A DNA stretch of 64,000 nt, taken from positions 557 to 64,556 of the forward strand of contig CAYXWM010000006.1 in assembly GCA_964468805.1 (NCBI GenBank), written 5' to 3'. Source of the stretch: an uncultured Defluviitaleaceae bacterium (GTDB lineage: Bacteria; Bacillota; Clostridia; Lachnospirales; WRBF01). The notes under the pieces were generated by a model. The model did no database searches, was not told where the DNA came from, and was given only the letters and a program-made list of their open reading frames with translations. Within the stretch, counting starts at the first letter, position 1. Each line of letters opens with the position of its first letter. Shown piece by piece: positions 18,036 through 27,739 of this stretch. The position numbers and the translations under genes were made by a program.

Positions 18036-19034
18036 ATGCAGAAGTTTGTCAATGACGCCAAGAATATGGTTGATGAATCTATTCAGGGCTTTTTCAAATG
18101 CTACTGCGACCGCATTTCTCCTACCGCTTGTTCAAGGACACTCAAATATGCAAAAGCACCCGTTCCGGGAAAAGTCGGTGTAGTTATAGGCGGCGGTTTT
18201 GGTCATGCCCCTGCTTTTATGGGCTATTTGGGTAAGGGAGCGGTTGATGCCGTTGCCATAGGCAATATATTTGAGCCTCCGTCAGTTGAATCTTTTTATA
18301 CCGCCTTCAAAGAATCCGACAGCGGCAACGGTGTGATTTGCCTGATTGGGAATTATCCCAAAGATATTGTAAACGTTAAAAAGGCTATAGAATCTGCCGA
18401 GAAAGAGGGCATTAAAATACAGCTTCTGATAGCTAACGATGATGTTGCAACATCCGACAAATCCGAAAGAAGAGGTATGACGGGCGAAGTCCTTCTTTGG
18501 AAAATCGTCGGTTCTGCCGCCGATCAAGGATACAGTTTGAAACAGCTTGCGGAAGTGGGTCAAAAAACGATTGAACGAGTAAGAAGCATAGGCGTTGGTC
18601 TTGCCAGCTGTATTATACCGGAAGTGGGCAGACCAAATTATCTGATTGAAATGGGTACCATGGAAATTGGCGTTGGGCATCACGGTCTATTCAGCCGGGA
18701 TACTTGCAAACTGAGAACCGCAGATGAAACCGCTGATATTATGCTTGACGACATAATTAGCGATATGCCCCTGAACCCGGACGACAGCGTTTGCGTTATG
18801 GTGTCCGGCTTGGGAAACACCATGATGAGCGAGCTTAATATACTTTACAGCAGGGTTCACGACCAACTTAAAAAACGAGGCGTTCATATTCACCGCAGCT
18901 TCACCGGAGATTTCTTTACCTCGTTGGATATGATGGGAGCAACTTTAACCATCTTAAAACTGGATGATGAACTGAAAAAATTGCTGGACATTCCGGCTTA
19001 TTCGGTATCACTCAATCACTTTGCTTTTTCTTAG
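18036..19034 (+). CDS. DhaK-domain protein, divergent paralog with no adjacent DhaL
   Basis: Full-length alignable to 23973-24998. The motifs are degraded: GGGFGHAPAF versus GGGSGHKPAF, and GVGHHGLFS versus GIGHHGEPG. Confidence 0.75.
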   Translation: MQKFVNDAKNMVDESIQGFFKCYCDRISPTACSRTLKYAKAPVPGKVGVVIGGGFGHAPAFMGYLGKGAVDAVAIGNIFEPPSVESFYTAFKESDSGNGVICLIGNYPKDIVNVKKAIESAEKEGIKIQLLIANDDVATSDKSERRGMTGEVLLWKIVGSAADQGYSLKQLAEVGQKTIERVRSIGVGLASCIIPEVGRPNYLIEMGTMEIGVGHHGLFSRDTCKLRTADETADIMLDDIISDMPLNPDDSVCVMVSGLGNTMMSELNILYSRVHDQLKKRGVHIHRSFTGDFFTSLDMMGATLTILKLDDELKKLLDIPAYSVSLNHFAFS

Positions 19035-19056
19035 CTAAACACTGAATACAGGGTTA

Positions 19057-19190
19057 ATACTTAATTGCATAAGGAGTAGTAACAAAAGCTATTCTTCGTA
19101 AACGGTTCGCTCATACATATGAAAAAAACATCGGTCACTCACCACTACGAATATACGCATTTGTTACTACTTAACTCGAAATTAAGCATA
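19057..19190 (+). repeat. dispersed inverted-repeat element, copy 4
   Basis: Both arms are conserved. The central T/A tract is replaced by CATACATATGAAAAAAA. Confidence 0.8.
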
Positions 19191-19247
19191 GCAGTAAAAC
19201 AATTAAATTGAATACTTGGTCTTATATTAAAGTCTTTTTGAAGGGAG

Positions 19248-19288
19248 TTTGAGGGAAACTCTTTCTTCAGAAAAAGTTTCCCTCAAGG
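19248..19288 (+). repeat. GAGGGA...TCCCTCAAGG hairpin family, copy B
   Basis: ttgagggaaact / agtttccctcaa 12-bp stem followed by ggttttggttttt. Confidence 0.6.
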
Positions 19289-19346
19289 TTTTGGTTTTTA
19301 ACCGGACGGCGTTTTCTTAAATCAGTATTGAATGTGAGGTAAAAAT

Positions 19347-20825
19347 ATGAACCTTGTTGAAATGGAGGGCATCAGGAAAGGCTATTTTGGAGTGGAAATT
19401 CTGCATGGTGTCAATTTCTCACTAAAAAAAGGCACGGTTCATGCCTTAATGGGAGAAAACGGAGCCGGAAAATCAACATTGGTAAAGATTATCGCCGGTG
19501 TCCACAAACATGATGCAGGCAAGCTCCAAATAGAAGGAAAACAGGTAGAGCTTAATTCACCCTCGGAAGCCATAAAACTGGGCGTAGCCATGATACATCA
19601 GGAACTGTCCTCGGTACGTGAAATGTCTATAGCCGAGAATATCTTTTTGGGTCGCGAACCAACCAAGTTTGGCTTTGTGGACTATAAAAAGCTTTACCAA
19701 CAAACCGAGGAGCTTCTGGCAAAGCTGGATATGCATTTTAACCCTCAAACCAAAATGAAACAACTGAGAGTAGCCGACCAACAAATGGTGGAAATAGCAA
19801 AGGCAATCTCCCAAAACGCCAAAATCGTTATTATGGACGAACCAACCTCCGCAATTACCGACCGTGAGGTGGACCGTCTGTTTAAAATAATAGACGACTT
19901 ACGCAACGAGGGCACGGGTATTATTTACATATCACATAAAATGGACGAAATCCTGCGTATAGCAGACGAAATATCCGTTTTAAGGGACGGAACAAACGTA
20001 AACACCTGGCCGGCAAACGAAGTTGACAACAATACCATAATTTTAAGTATGGTTGGTCGCGACCTACAAAATCAATTCCCCAAAACTGAAGTTCCCATAA
20101 GCGACGTAATCTTAGAAGTAAAAAACCTTACTCGCCAAGGAGAATATGAGGACATAAGTTTTCAATTACGTAAAGGTGAAATTCTTGGCTTTGTAGGCTT
20201 GGTAGGAGCCGGTCGAACAGAACTTATGCATACCTTATTCGGAATGACTTCCGCAGATAAAGGTCAAATTCTCGTAGAAAATAAGCAAGTGCATTTTAAA
20301 TGCCCTCGTGAGGCTATATCCGCCGGATTGGCTTATGTCACCGAGGACAGAAAAGGCGAAGGTCTAATACTTCCCATGAGCATACATAACAACACCACTA
20401 TTTCATCACTGCAATTCTTTTCAAAATTCTTACTGGATAAACAAAAAGAAAATGCCACCGTAGACGAACAGGTGAAACTCCTAGGTGTTAAGACAACCGG
20501 CGTTCGTCGACCGGTTAAATACTTATCGGGCGGCAACCAACAAAAAGTAGTCTTGGCAAAGTGGTTGCTTACCCAACCTAAAATCATCATTTTCGACGAG
20601 CCGACCAGAGGCATAGACGTTGGTGCAAAAGCTGAAATTTACAAAATAATGTGTAATTATGTTGCCCAAGGAAACGCAGTTATCCTTGTATCATCGGAAA
20701 TGCCCGAAGCCATGGGAATGTCCGACCGTATTATTGTGTTAAGCAATCACAAATACAGCGGTGAGCTGAAACGAGAAGATTTTTCTCAAGAGGCTATAGT
20801 TGAAATGCAGTTTCGTCATATGTAG
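19347..20825 (+). CDS. sugar ABC transporter ATP-binding protein (duplicated ATPase)
   Basis: GENGAGKST, LSGGNQQK, IIFDEPT. Paralog of 6585-8093. Confidence 0.9.
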   Translation: MNLVEMEGIRKGYFGVEILHGVNFSLKKGTVHALMGENGAGKSTLVKIIAGVHKHDAGKLQIEGKQVELNSPSEAIKLGVAMIHQELSSVREMSIAENIFLGREPTKFGFVDYKKLYQQTEELLAKLDMHFNPQTKMKQLRVADQQMVEIAKAISQNAKIVIMDEPTSAITDREVDRLFKIIDDLRNEGTGIIYISHKMDEILRIADEISVLRDGTNVNTWPANEVDNNTIILSMVGRDLQNQFPKTEVPISDVILEVKNLTRQGEYEDISFQLRKGEILGFVGLVGAGRTELMHTLFGMTSADKGQILVENKQVHFKCPREAISAGLAYVTEDRKGEGLILPMSIHNNTTISSLQFFSKFLLDKQKENATVDEQVKLLGVKTTGVRRPVKYLSGGNQQKVVLAKWLLTQPKIIIFDEPTRGIDVGAKAEIYKIMCNYVAQGNAVILVSSEMPEAMGMSDRIIVLSNHKYSGELKREDFSQEAIVEMQFRHM

Positions 20826-20860
20826 TTGGTTTCAAATCCGGGAAAGTAGGGGTATCAAAA

Positions 20861-21835
20861 ATGAAGCAGCTAGCTCAAATTCCGACTATATTCAATAAAA
20901 TGTCCAAAAAGCAGTTCCTTGCCACCTTTGGCTCTCTTATAGCATTGATTGTTTTGGTTTTAATTATCACTTCTCTAAAATCCAACTTCCTAAGTATATC
21001 CAATATCCGCAATGTTTTACGTATAGCTTCAATAAACGGGCTTTTGGCAGTGGGCATGACCTTTGTTATCCTTACGGGCGGTATAGACCTGTCCGTAGGT
21101 GCCATTATGGGCTGTGCCGGCATGTATTCGGCTTATTTTGCTCAAAACAGCATGGGTTATCCTTGGTATGTGGGAGTACTTGTGGGTTTGGGAATCGGTC
21201 TTGCTATAGGTCTTTTTAACGGTATTTGTATTTCTTATTTAAAGGTTCCCGCCTTTGTGGGTACTCTGGGTTCCATGAGTATTGCCTCCGGGTTAACGTT
21301 TTTGATAACAGACGCAAAGCCTATTCCGGGGCTTAGCGATTCCTTTAAATACATAGGCGGCGGTAGTATTGGGGAATGGCTGCCCGTACCCATCTTAATT
21401 ATGGGTGCCGTTCTTGCGGTTTGTTTTACTCTCCTTTATAAAACCCGTTACGGTCGTTACATTTATGCAGTAGGTGGTAGCCATTCCGCCGCCCATGTTT
21501 CCGGTATCAATACCAAGAAAATAATCTGCTCCGCTTACATAGTTTCCGGTGTTCTGGCGGCTCTTGCCGGAGTAATTACCACCGCTCGCGTTACATCCGG
21601 CGTTACCTCTACCGGCAGCGGTTACGAAACCAACGCCATTGCAATGGTTGTAATAGGAGGCACCAGCCTAGCCGGCGGCAGAGGACGGCTTTGGGGTACC
21701 ATCGTAGGTATTTTGCTTCTGCAATGTCTGACCACAGGCTTGGATATGCTTGGCGTAAACGCATACTATCAACTTATAATTAAAGGTTTTGTTGTTATCG
21801 GAGCTGTAATGCTCGATGCACTCAGCGATAATTAA
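20861..21835 (+). CDS. sugar ABC transporter permease (RbsC type)
   Basis: TGGIDLSVGA and GGTSLAGGRG motifs. Multi-TM. Confidence 0.85.
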   Translation: MKQLAQIPTIFNKMSKKQFLATFGSLIALIVLVLIITSLKSNFLSISNIRNVLRIASINGLLAVGMTFVILTGGIDLSVGAIMGCAGMYSAYFAQNSMGYPWYVGVLVGLGIGLAIGLFNGICISYLKVPAFVGTLGSMSIASGLTFLITDAKPIPGLSDSFKYIGGGSIGEWLPVPILIMGAVLAVCFTLLYKTRYGRYIYAVGGSHSAAHVSGINTKKIICSAYIVSGVLAALAGVITTARVTSGVTSTGSGYETNAIAMVVIGGTSLAGGRGRLWGTIVGILLLQCLTTGLDMLGVNAYYQLIIKGFVVIGAVMLDALSDN

Positions 21836-22025
21836 GTAAACTAAGTATTAACGTTTACTTAAAAACACTCCAATTTAATTTAACGTGAGTTTAAGTCAAA
21901 TAATTTCAAAGGATTTCTCACGTTAATAGTCCGTTTTTTTAATATCAACTCCAAAAAACGGACGAATATACGGTTTGATGCAAATTCATCAAGCTAAATC
22001 ATTATTTAAAATAGGAGGTAATTTA

Positions 22026-23051
22026 ATGAAAAAGTTGACTAAAATTCTTTCTCTCACAATGGCTCTGTTAATGATGATTTCCGTAATTTCAGCTTGTGGC
22101 CCAAGCACACCTTCTCCTTCACCCTCAACACCGGCTGCACCGGCAAACTCACCCGAGGGCGGTACAGTAGCAAATAATCCGCCTGCACCTCCGGCAGACA
22201 AGACCCTTAAAATAGGAGCTACTTACTACAGCTTACAAAACGAATTTACCATGCGTATGGATAACGCCGCAAAGAAATATTGCCAAGAAAAAGGCATAGA
22301 ATTTTTGTCTTATGACGGAAATTATGATGCGGCTACCCAGCTTTCTCAAGTAGAAACAATGATAGCCGACGGCTGTGATGCAATTATTCTTAATCCTCAA
22401 GATGCTGTAGCCTGTGCGGCGGCGGTAGAATTGGCTAATAAAGCCGGTATTCCCGTAGTCGGCGTTAATACTATGGTTCAAAGCGACCTTTTGACATCTT
22501 ATGTGGGTTCTCAAGACGTATCAGCCGGCGAGGACATTATGCAATACATGGTTGACTATCTGAAAAAAGACGAATTCAACATAGTTATCATTGAAGGTCC
22601 CATGGGACAATCCGCACAACTTCAACGTATTGAAGGTATTGAAAACATAATGAAAAAATACCCGAAAATTAAGGAACTTGCCCGTAATACCGCCAACTGG
22701 TCACGTTCTGAAGCCATGGGTCTTATGGAAACATGGATTACCACCTTCGGCAAAGATATTGATGCTGTAATCGCAGAAAATGACGAAATGGCTCTTGGTG
22801 CAAGAGAAGCTATTGTTGCCGCAGGTATGGATATTCCCTGTATAGGTATAGACGGTATAGCTGATGCTGTTACTGCTATTCAAAATGGCGAAATGATAGC
22901 CAGTGACTTCCAAAACGCTGAAGGTCAAATGACAGGTGCCATTGAAACAGCCGTAAAAGTTGTTAACGGTGAAAACGTTGAGAAATTCTACTGGATTCCT
23001 TTCGAAATGATTACTCCCGCCAATGTTAAGGATTATGTAGGTAAGTATTAA
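22026..23051 (+). CDS. sugar/polyol ABC transporter substrate-binding lipoprotein
   Basis: TAGGAGG SD before the ATG at 22026. Lipobox ISACG followed by a P/S/A-rich linker. Ribose-type binding fold pattern. Confidence 0.8.
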   Translation: MKKLTKILSLTMALLMMISVISACGPSTPSPSPSTPAAPANSPEGGTVANNPPAPPADKTLKIGATYYSLQNEFTMRMDNAAKKYCQEKGIEFLSYDGNYDAATQLSQVETMIADGCDAIILNPQDAVACAAAVELANKAGIPVVGVNTMVQSDLLTSYVGSQDVSAGEDIMQYMVDYLKKDEFNIVIIEGPMGQSAQLQRIEGIENIMKKYPKIKELARNTANWSRSEAMGLMETWITTFGKDIDAVIAENDEMALGAREAIVAAGMDIPCIGIDGIADAVTAIQNGEMIASDFQNAEGQMTGAIETAVKVVNGENVEKFYWIPFEMITPANVKDYVGKY

Positions 23052-23141
23052 TTATCAGTATACATAAAATTGATTTAAAGCCTAAAAGCCGTTGGGAGAC
23101 AATAGTCTCCTTACGGCAAATTTATACCGGAGGTAATAATT

Positions 23142-23909
23142 ATGATTCCTTATGACGGTGTTGATTTAAGTTATTCTCTTGAAGGCAAGACAGCTGTGAT
23201 TACCGGCGGTGCCGCAGGAATAGGATATGCCACAGCCAAGTATTTTCATGATAAGGGTGCAAATATAGTTTTGGCTGACCTTGACCCGAAAGTAGACGAT
23301 ATAGCAAAAGAATTGGGCGATAACTGTATAGGAGTTCAAGGAAACGTTTGTGACAGGGAATATCCCAAAAAAGTCATTGAAGCCGGGGTAAAAGCCTTTG
23401 GGAAAATAGATATTCTGGTTAACAGTGCCGGGATAGTAGCCTTGGAAAAAGCAGAAACAATCTCCGCCGATGACTGGAACCGTACCATAGACATTAATCT
23501 TTCAGCTTGCTTTTTTATGGCACAGGCAGTAGGTGCTTATATGATTGGAAACAATGTAAAGGGTTCCATTGTAAATATAGCCTCTCAAGCCGGCGTTATT
23601 GCCCTTGATAAACACGTTGCCTACTGTGCAAGTAAGGGCGGTATTATTGCTATGACAAAGGTTTTGGCAATGGAATGGGGTAAACACGGCATTCGTGTAA
23701 ATTCTATTTCTCCTACGGTTGTTCTTACCGCTTTGGGTCACAAAGCTTGGGACGGTCCTGTGGGTGACGCTTTTAAAAAAGAAATGCCCTCCGAACGCTT
23801 TGCGGAACCGGATGAAATTGCTTCCTGTATAGCTTTTCTATGCAGTAAAAATGCCGCGATGATAACCGGTCACAATATGCTTATAGACGGCGGATTCACT
23901 ATAAAATAG
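23142..23909 (+). CDS. SDR family oxidoreductase
   Basis: TGGAAGIG, NSAG, YCASK. Confidence 0.85.
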   Translation: MIPYDGVDLSYSLEGKTAVITGGAAGIGYATAKYFHDKGANIVLADLDPKVDDIAKELGDNCIGVQGNVCDREYPKKVIEAGVKAFGKIDILVNSAGIVALEKAETISADDWNRTIDINLSACFFMAQAVGAYMIGNNVKGSIVNIASQAGVIALDKHVAYCASKGGIIAMTKVLAMEWGKHGIRVNSISPTVVLTALGHKAWDGPVGDAFKKEMPSERFAEPDEIASCIAFLCSKNAAMITGHNMLIDGGFTIK

Positions 23910-23972
23910 TTTACCCAAATACATAGAGTAATAAAGTTTTCAGACTCAAGTAAAAAGCTTGGAGGAACAAAT

Positions 23973-24998
23973 ATGCAAAGAATTTTAAATAATCCGGATG
24001 ATATAGTAGATGAAATGTTGGACGGTTTTATTAAATGTCACAGCGACATTGTAAAACGTGTAACACGCAGTGAAGACAACGCTCGTGGAGTAGTTGCGGC
24101 TATAGATGCACCGGTTCAAGGCAAGGTGGGTGTTGTAACCGGCGGAGGTTCGGGTCATAAGCCTGCATTTATAGGCTACGTAGGCAAAAATATGTGCGAT
24201 GCCGCTGCATTGGGCGAAATTTGCACATCTCCCACAGCTGTGGCTTTCTATGAAGCCTTTCATGCCGCAAACGGCGGTGCCGGAATTGCTTGTCTTTACG
24301 GCAACTACTCCGGTGATAACATGAACGTAAAAATGGCTTCAAAAATGGCAAAGAGAGACGGTCTTACAGTAAAAACAGTTATCGCCAACGACGATGTGGC
24401 TTCCGCGCCCAAAGACCAAAGGGATAAACGCAGAGGTGTTGCAGGCGAAGTATTTATGTGGAAATGCGGCGGAGCGAAGGCAGCAAAAGGTGCTGATTTG
24501 GATGAGGTTATAGCCGCGGCTCAAAAAGCTATAGACAATACTCGCAGTGTGGGTATCGGTCTGACCCCCTGTACTCTTCCCGCGGTAGGACACCCCAATT
24601 TTGAAATAAAAGAAGGTACTATGGAAGTTGGCATCGGTCATCACGGCGAACCGGGAATCGAAGTCTGCCCGTTGGAATCAGCCGCAGGAATGGCAAAACG
24701 TATGGTAGATGTTATAGTTCCGGATTATCCTTTCGTTTCGGGAGATGAAGTTACCGTATTGGTTTCCGGTTTGGGTGCAACCCCGGTTATGGAGCTTTAT
24801 GTTTTATATAATGAAATAGAGAAAATCTTGGGCGAAATGGGAATTAAAATATACAGCAGTTATGTGGGCAATTATTTTACCTCTCTTGAAATGATGGGAG
24901 CAACCCTAACAATAATGAAGCTGGATGACGAACTTAAAGAACTTATGGACACAGAAGTTAACTGTGTGGGTTTAAAACAGCTAAAAAGAGGTAATTAG
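23973..24998 (+). CDS. dhaK: dihydroxyacetone-kinase-family subunit K (ketose-binding)
   Basis: GGGSGHKPAF, GHHGEPG and FTSLEMMGATLT motifs. Confidence 0.85.
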   Translation: MQRILNNPDDIVDEMLDGFIKCHSDIVKRVTRSEDNARGVVAAIDAPVQGKVGVVTGGGSGHKPAFIGYVGKNMCDAAALGEICTSPTAVAFYEAFHAANGGAGIACLYGNYSGDNMNVKMASKMAKRDGLTVKTVIANDDVASAPKDQRDKRRGVAGEVFMWKCGGAKAAKGADLDEVIAAAQKAIDNTRSVGIGLTPCTLPAVGHPNFEIKEGTMEVGIGHHGEPGIEVCPLESAAGMAKRMVDVIVPDYPFVSGDEVTVLVSGLGATPVMELYVLYNEIEKILGEMGIKIYSSYVGNYFTSLEMMGATLTIMKLDDELKELMDTEVNCVGLKQLKRGN

Positions 24999-25000
24999 TT

Positions 25001-25642
25001 ATGAAAGCTATAAAAAATGAAAACGGCAGAAATATTTTATTGGCAATGGTCAAAGCTATTCAAGAAAATAAACAATATTTGGGGGATATAGACGGTTTAA
25101 TCGGCGACGGCGACCACGGCATGAATATGAATAAGGGATTTACAATGTATGCCGACGGGTTGGGCGATAATGAAACTTCGTTTTCGGAGGGTTTGTTTAA
25201 CCTTGGTACAGTGTTACTCAATAAAATCGGCGGTTCTATGGGACCTATTTACGGAACTATATTCATGGAAATGTCTGATAAAGCCGATGATGCGGAGGAA
25301 ATAACCGCTGAATTGTTTTTGGAAATGCTTGAAGCCGGATTGGAAGGGCTTTATGACATAGTAGACGCCAGACCCGGAGATAAGACTTTGGTTGATACTC
25401 TTTATCCTGCCATTGAGGGCTTTAAAGCCGCTATAGGTGAAAATAAAAGTTTTGCCGAAGCTTTGGATATTTTTAAAAACGCCGCTGAAAAAGGCAAGGA
25501 CTCTACCGGGGATTTGATAGCCAAGTACGGTCGTGCTTCAAGACTTGGTGAACGGTCTAAAGGTGTCCTTGATGCAGGTTCAGTTTCTTGCTGCATTATA
25601 ATTAAGGCAATGGCAGAAGCTATGCAACAGCAATTGGCTTAG
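25001..25642 (+). CDS. dhaL: dihydroxyacetone-kinase-family subunit L (nucleotide-binding)
   Basis: The DGLIGDGDHGMN motif is typical of DhaL. It starts 3 nt after the dhaK stop. Confidence 0.85.
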   Translation: MKAIKNENGRNILLAMVKAIQENKQYLGDIDGLIGDGDHGMNMNKGFTMYADGLGDNETSFSEGLFNLGTVLLNKIGGSMGPIYGTIFMEMSDKADDAEEITAELFLEMLEAGLEGLYDIVDARPGDKTLVDTLYPAIEGFKAAIGENKSFAEALDIFKNAAEKGKDSTGDLIAKYGRASRLGERSKGVLDAGSVSCCIIIKAMAEAMQQQLA

Positions 25643-25699
25643 GCTCTGAAGCGTTACTGAAAAATACCGGATACAAGGAATTGAAAGGAGAAAATCTGT

Positions 25700-26146
25700 T
25701 TGCATACCATAGCAATAGGCTGTGACCCAAACGCACAAAAAGTTAAAGAAGACTTAAAGGATTTTTTGGTTAACAAAGGTTATAGTGTAACGGATATGGG
25801 CAGCCAAGACCCTATCTATGCAAATGTTGCTTTTGATTTGGCAACTGCTGTAGCAGAGGGCAAATTTGACCGGGGTATTTTGCTTTGCGGTACGGGAATA
25901 GGGGTCTCCTTGGCGGCTAATAAGGTAAAAGGGGCTTATGCGGCTCTGATTTCCGATGACTATTCAGCAGAGCGTGCCCGTAAAAGCAATAATGCCAATA
26001 TTGCCTGCCTTGGGGCGTTTACTCTGGGTATAAGGGTGATAGAAAGGCTTGTGGAAACTTTTTTAACCTCTGAATTCGAGCCGGGTTGTTCTTCTCAACC
26101 TAAGGTAGACGGAATACGAGGTCTTGAGTTAAACGCCAATGCTTAA
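25700..26146 (+). CDS. RpiB/LacA/LacB family sugar-phosphate isomerase
   Basis: TTG start with an AAAGGAG SD. IAIGCD and LLCGTGIGVSLAANK motifs. Confidence 0.85.
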   Translation: MHTIAIGCDPNAQKVKEDLKDFLVNKGYSVTDMGSQDPIYANVAFDLATAVAEGKFDRGILLCGTGIGVSLAANKVKGAYAALISDDYSAERARKSNNANIACLGAFTLGIRVIERLVETFLTSEFEPGCSSQPKVDGIRGLELNANA

Positions 26147-26177
26147 TGGGTACTATACATAAAAATAGATTAAACAT

Positions 26178-26224
26178 TGAGGGAGAAAACCTTTATTCTA
26201 GGAAAGAAGGTTTTCTCCCTCAAA
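26178..26224 (+). repeat. GAGGGA...TCCCTC hairpin family, copy C (operon-end terminator-like)
   Basis: Perfect 17-bp stem ttgagggagaaaacctt / aaggttttctccctcaa. Confidence 0.65.
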
Positions 26225-26499
26225 CTCTTTTAATAAAAATAATTCTACTTAAAGTTGATTTATTATATTTTAAATAAGGGTTTTAAAACCGGTTGTTACA
26301 CGTTATAATAAGCATAGCGGTTTAAGTTAAAATATACTAAAATAATCAACCGGTTTTGCATTTTTAGGGAGGTGCTAATATAGATAACATAATAAATACG
26401 CAGACTACAGCTGCCCAAGAAATAATAGCTAAACTTAAAGACTTATATGAATCCTTTACACAAAATAAGCCCAACGACGGAAAAAACAAGGCGGCTCGG

Positions 26500-26889
26500 T
26501 TGTTTGGCGGATGGTTTTCCGCACCTTCAGTAAATAATCAAGCACACGAAAACTTTCATGTAAGCCTTAAACAACTTTTGGACGAGCTGTCGAAAATTCT
26601 TGAGGATTTACACACTCTTGAACCCGATACTTGTGACCAAATCGCCTTGGCGGCAGCAGAAATTATTTTAGCTTCAAACACAAAAGGAAATAAAACTCCC
26701 GAACAGTGGTTTATGCTGGCTTGTGAAGGCGAGCTTATGATACTGCTGAAATATTTCGGCAAAAACAGCCTTGAGGTAATTAGGGACAGAATACTCAGCG
26801 TAACACCAAAACGTATGCTTTTCCCCAATCAGAAGGCATTTCTTGAGGCTGTGGAAAATCAACTTAAAACAAAAAACAGTGACATATAA
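26500..26889 (+). CDS. hypothetical protein
   Basis: ORF-track start is the TTG at 26500. The frame is open from 26380, where a strong GGGAGGTG SD (26366-26373) is followed 6 nt later by ATA, so the start is unresolved. No family recognised. Confidence 0.5.
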   Translation: MFGGWFSAPSVNNQAHENFHVSLKQLLDELSKILEDLHTLEPDTCDQIALAAAEIILASNTKGNKTPEQWFMLACEGELMILLKYFGKNSLEVIRDRILSVTPKRMLFPNQKAFLEAVENQLKTKNSDI

Positions 26890-26904
26890 TTGTCACTGTT
26901 TTTA
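26875..26904 (+). terminator. intrinsic terminator
   Basis: aacagtgaca / tgtcactgtt stem followed by T5. Confidence 0.7.
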
Positions 26905-26964
26905 TTTAGAAAATCTGTATATGTAATTTAATATAACGCAGTTATTGACTATGTGTAAGTTATC

Positions 26965-27624
26965 CTATTTATCATTTACCAAGCTAAAACCCAGTTCAAA
27001 AGCCTTTTTACAATCAATTGGAAATTGTTCCGCTCTTACTTTTTCCTTTTGTGCCACATCGACAACAGATGCTGCATAGTCATTATAATTATCAAACTGG
27101 TATGCATCTTTACTCAGTAGCTGTTCAACTCTTCCGTTTAAAAGTCCCATATACATTTTGTGTTGGCGAAACATGGAATCGTAACCAACCTGCTCATATT
27201 GTTCCGGGGATACTCCCATAGTATAGATAAATCCTGTTGAGATTGTTTTTTGGTATACTGAGCGGTTCACCATACTGTCATAGGATAAATTAGAGAAATA
27301 CAGCCTTTCCATAAATGAACGCATAGCTCCCGTTATATCCCCAAAGTAGATGGGTGAGCCCAAAATTAAGACATCACTTTCCATGATTTGTTCCAGAACC
27401 TCTGTCAATTCATCTTTCATAAAACATTTGCTCAGTTGAGTCTGCCCTTTACGCTTGCAAACAAAGCAGCTGATACAGCCTTTATACTGCAAATCATAAA
27501 GATTATATAACTTTGTTTCGGCGTTTGCAGCTTGGGCACCTTTCAGAGCTTCATTTATAAGGGTGCCGGTATTATAATTTTTTCTGGGGCTTCCGTTTAC
27601 AGCTATTACTTTTGCCATTTGCAC
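26965..27624 (-). CDS. flavodoxin-like fold / NADPH-dependent FMN reductase family protein with a Cys cluster
   Basis: IAVNGSPRKNYNT N-terminus, CISCFVCKRK...C cluster, GSPIYFGDITG. Confidence 0.7.
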   Translation of the reverse strand: MQMAKVIAVNGSPRKNYNTGTLINEALKGAQAANAETKLYNLYDLQYKGCISCFVCKRKGQTQLSKCFMKDELTEVLEQIMESDVLILGSPIYFGDITGAMRSFMERLYFSNLSYDSMVNRSVYQKTISTGFIYTMGVSPEQYEQVGYDSMFRQHKMYMGLLNGRVEQLLSKDAYQFDNYNDYAASVVDVAQKEKVRAEQFPIDCKKAFELGFSLVNDK

Positions 27625-27739
27625 ACTCCTTTACAATTTAGAATTTTATATTTATAATTATAAGACAAAGAAACAAAATAACAAGTACGCACATTTTTGT
27701 GCCTTAAAGTAAAGGACCGTAATGATTGGAGTTTATATT

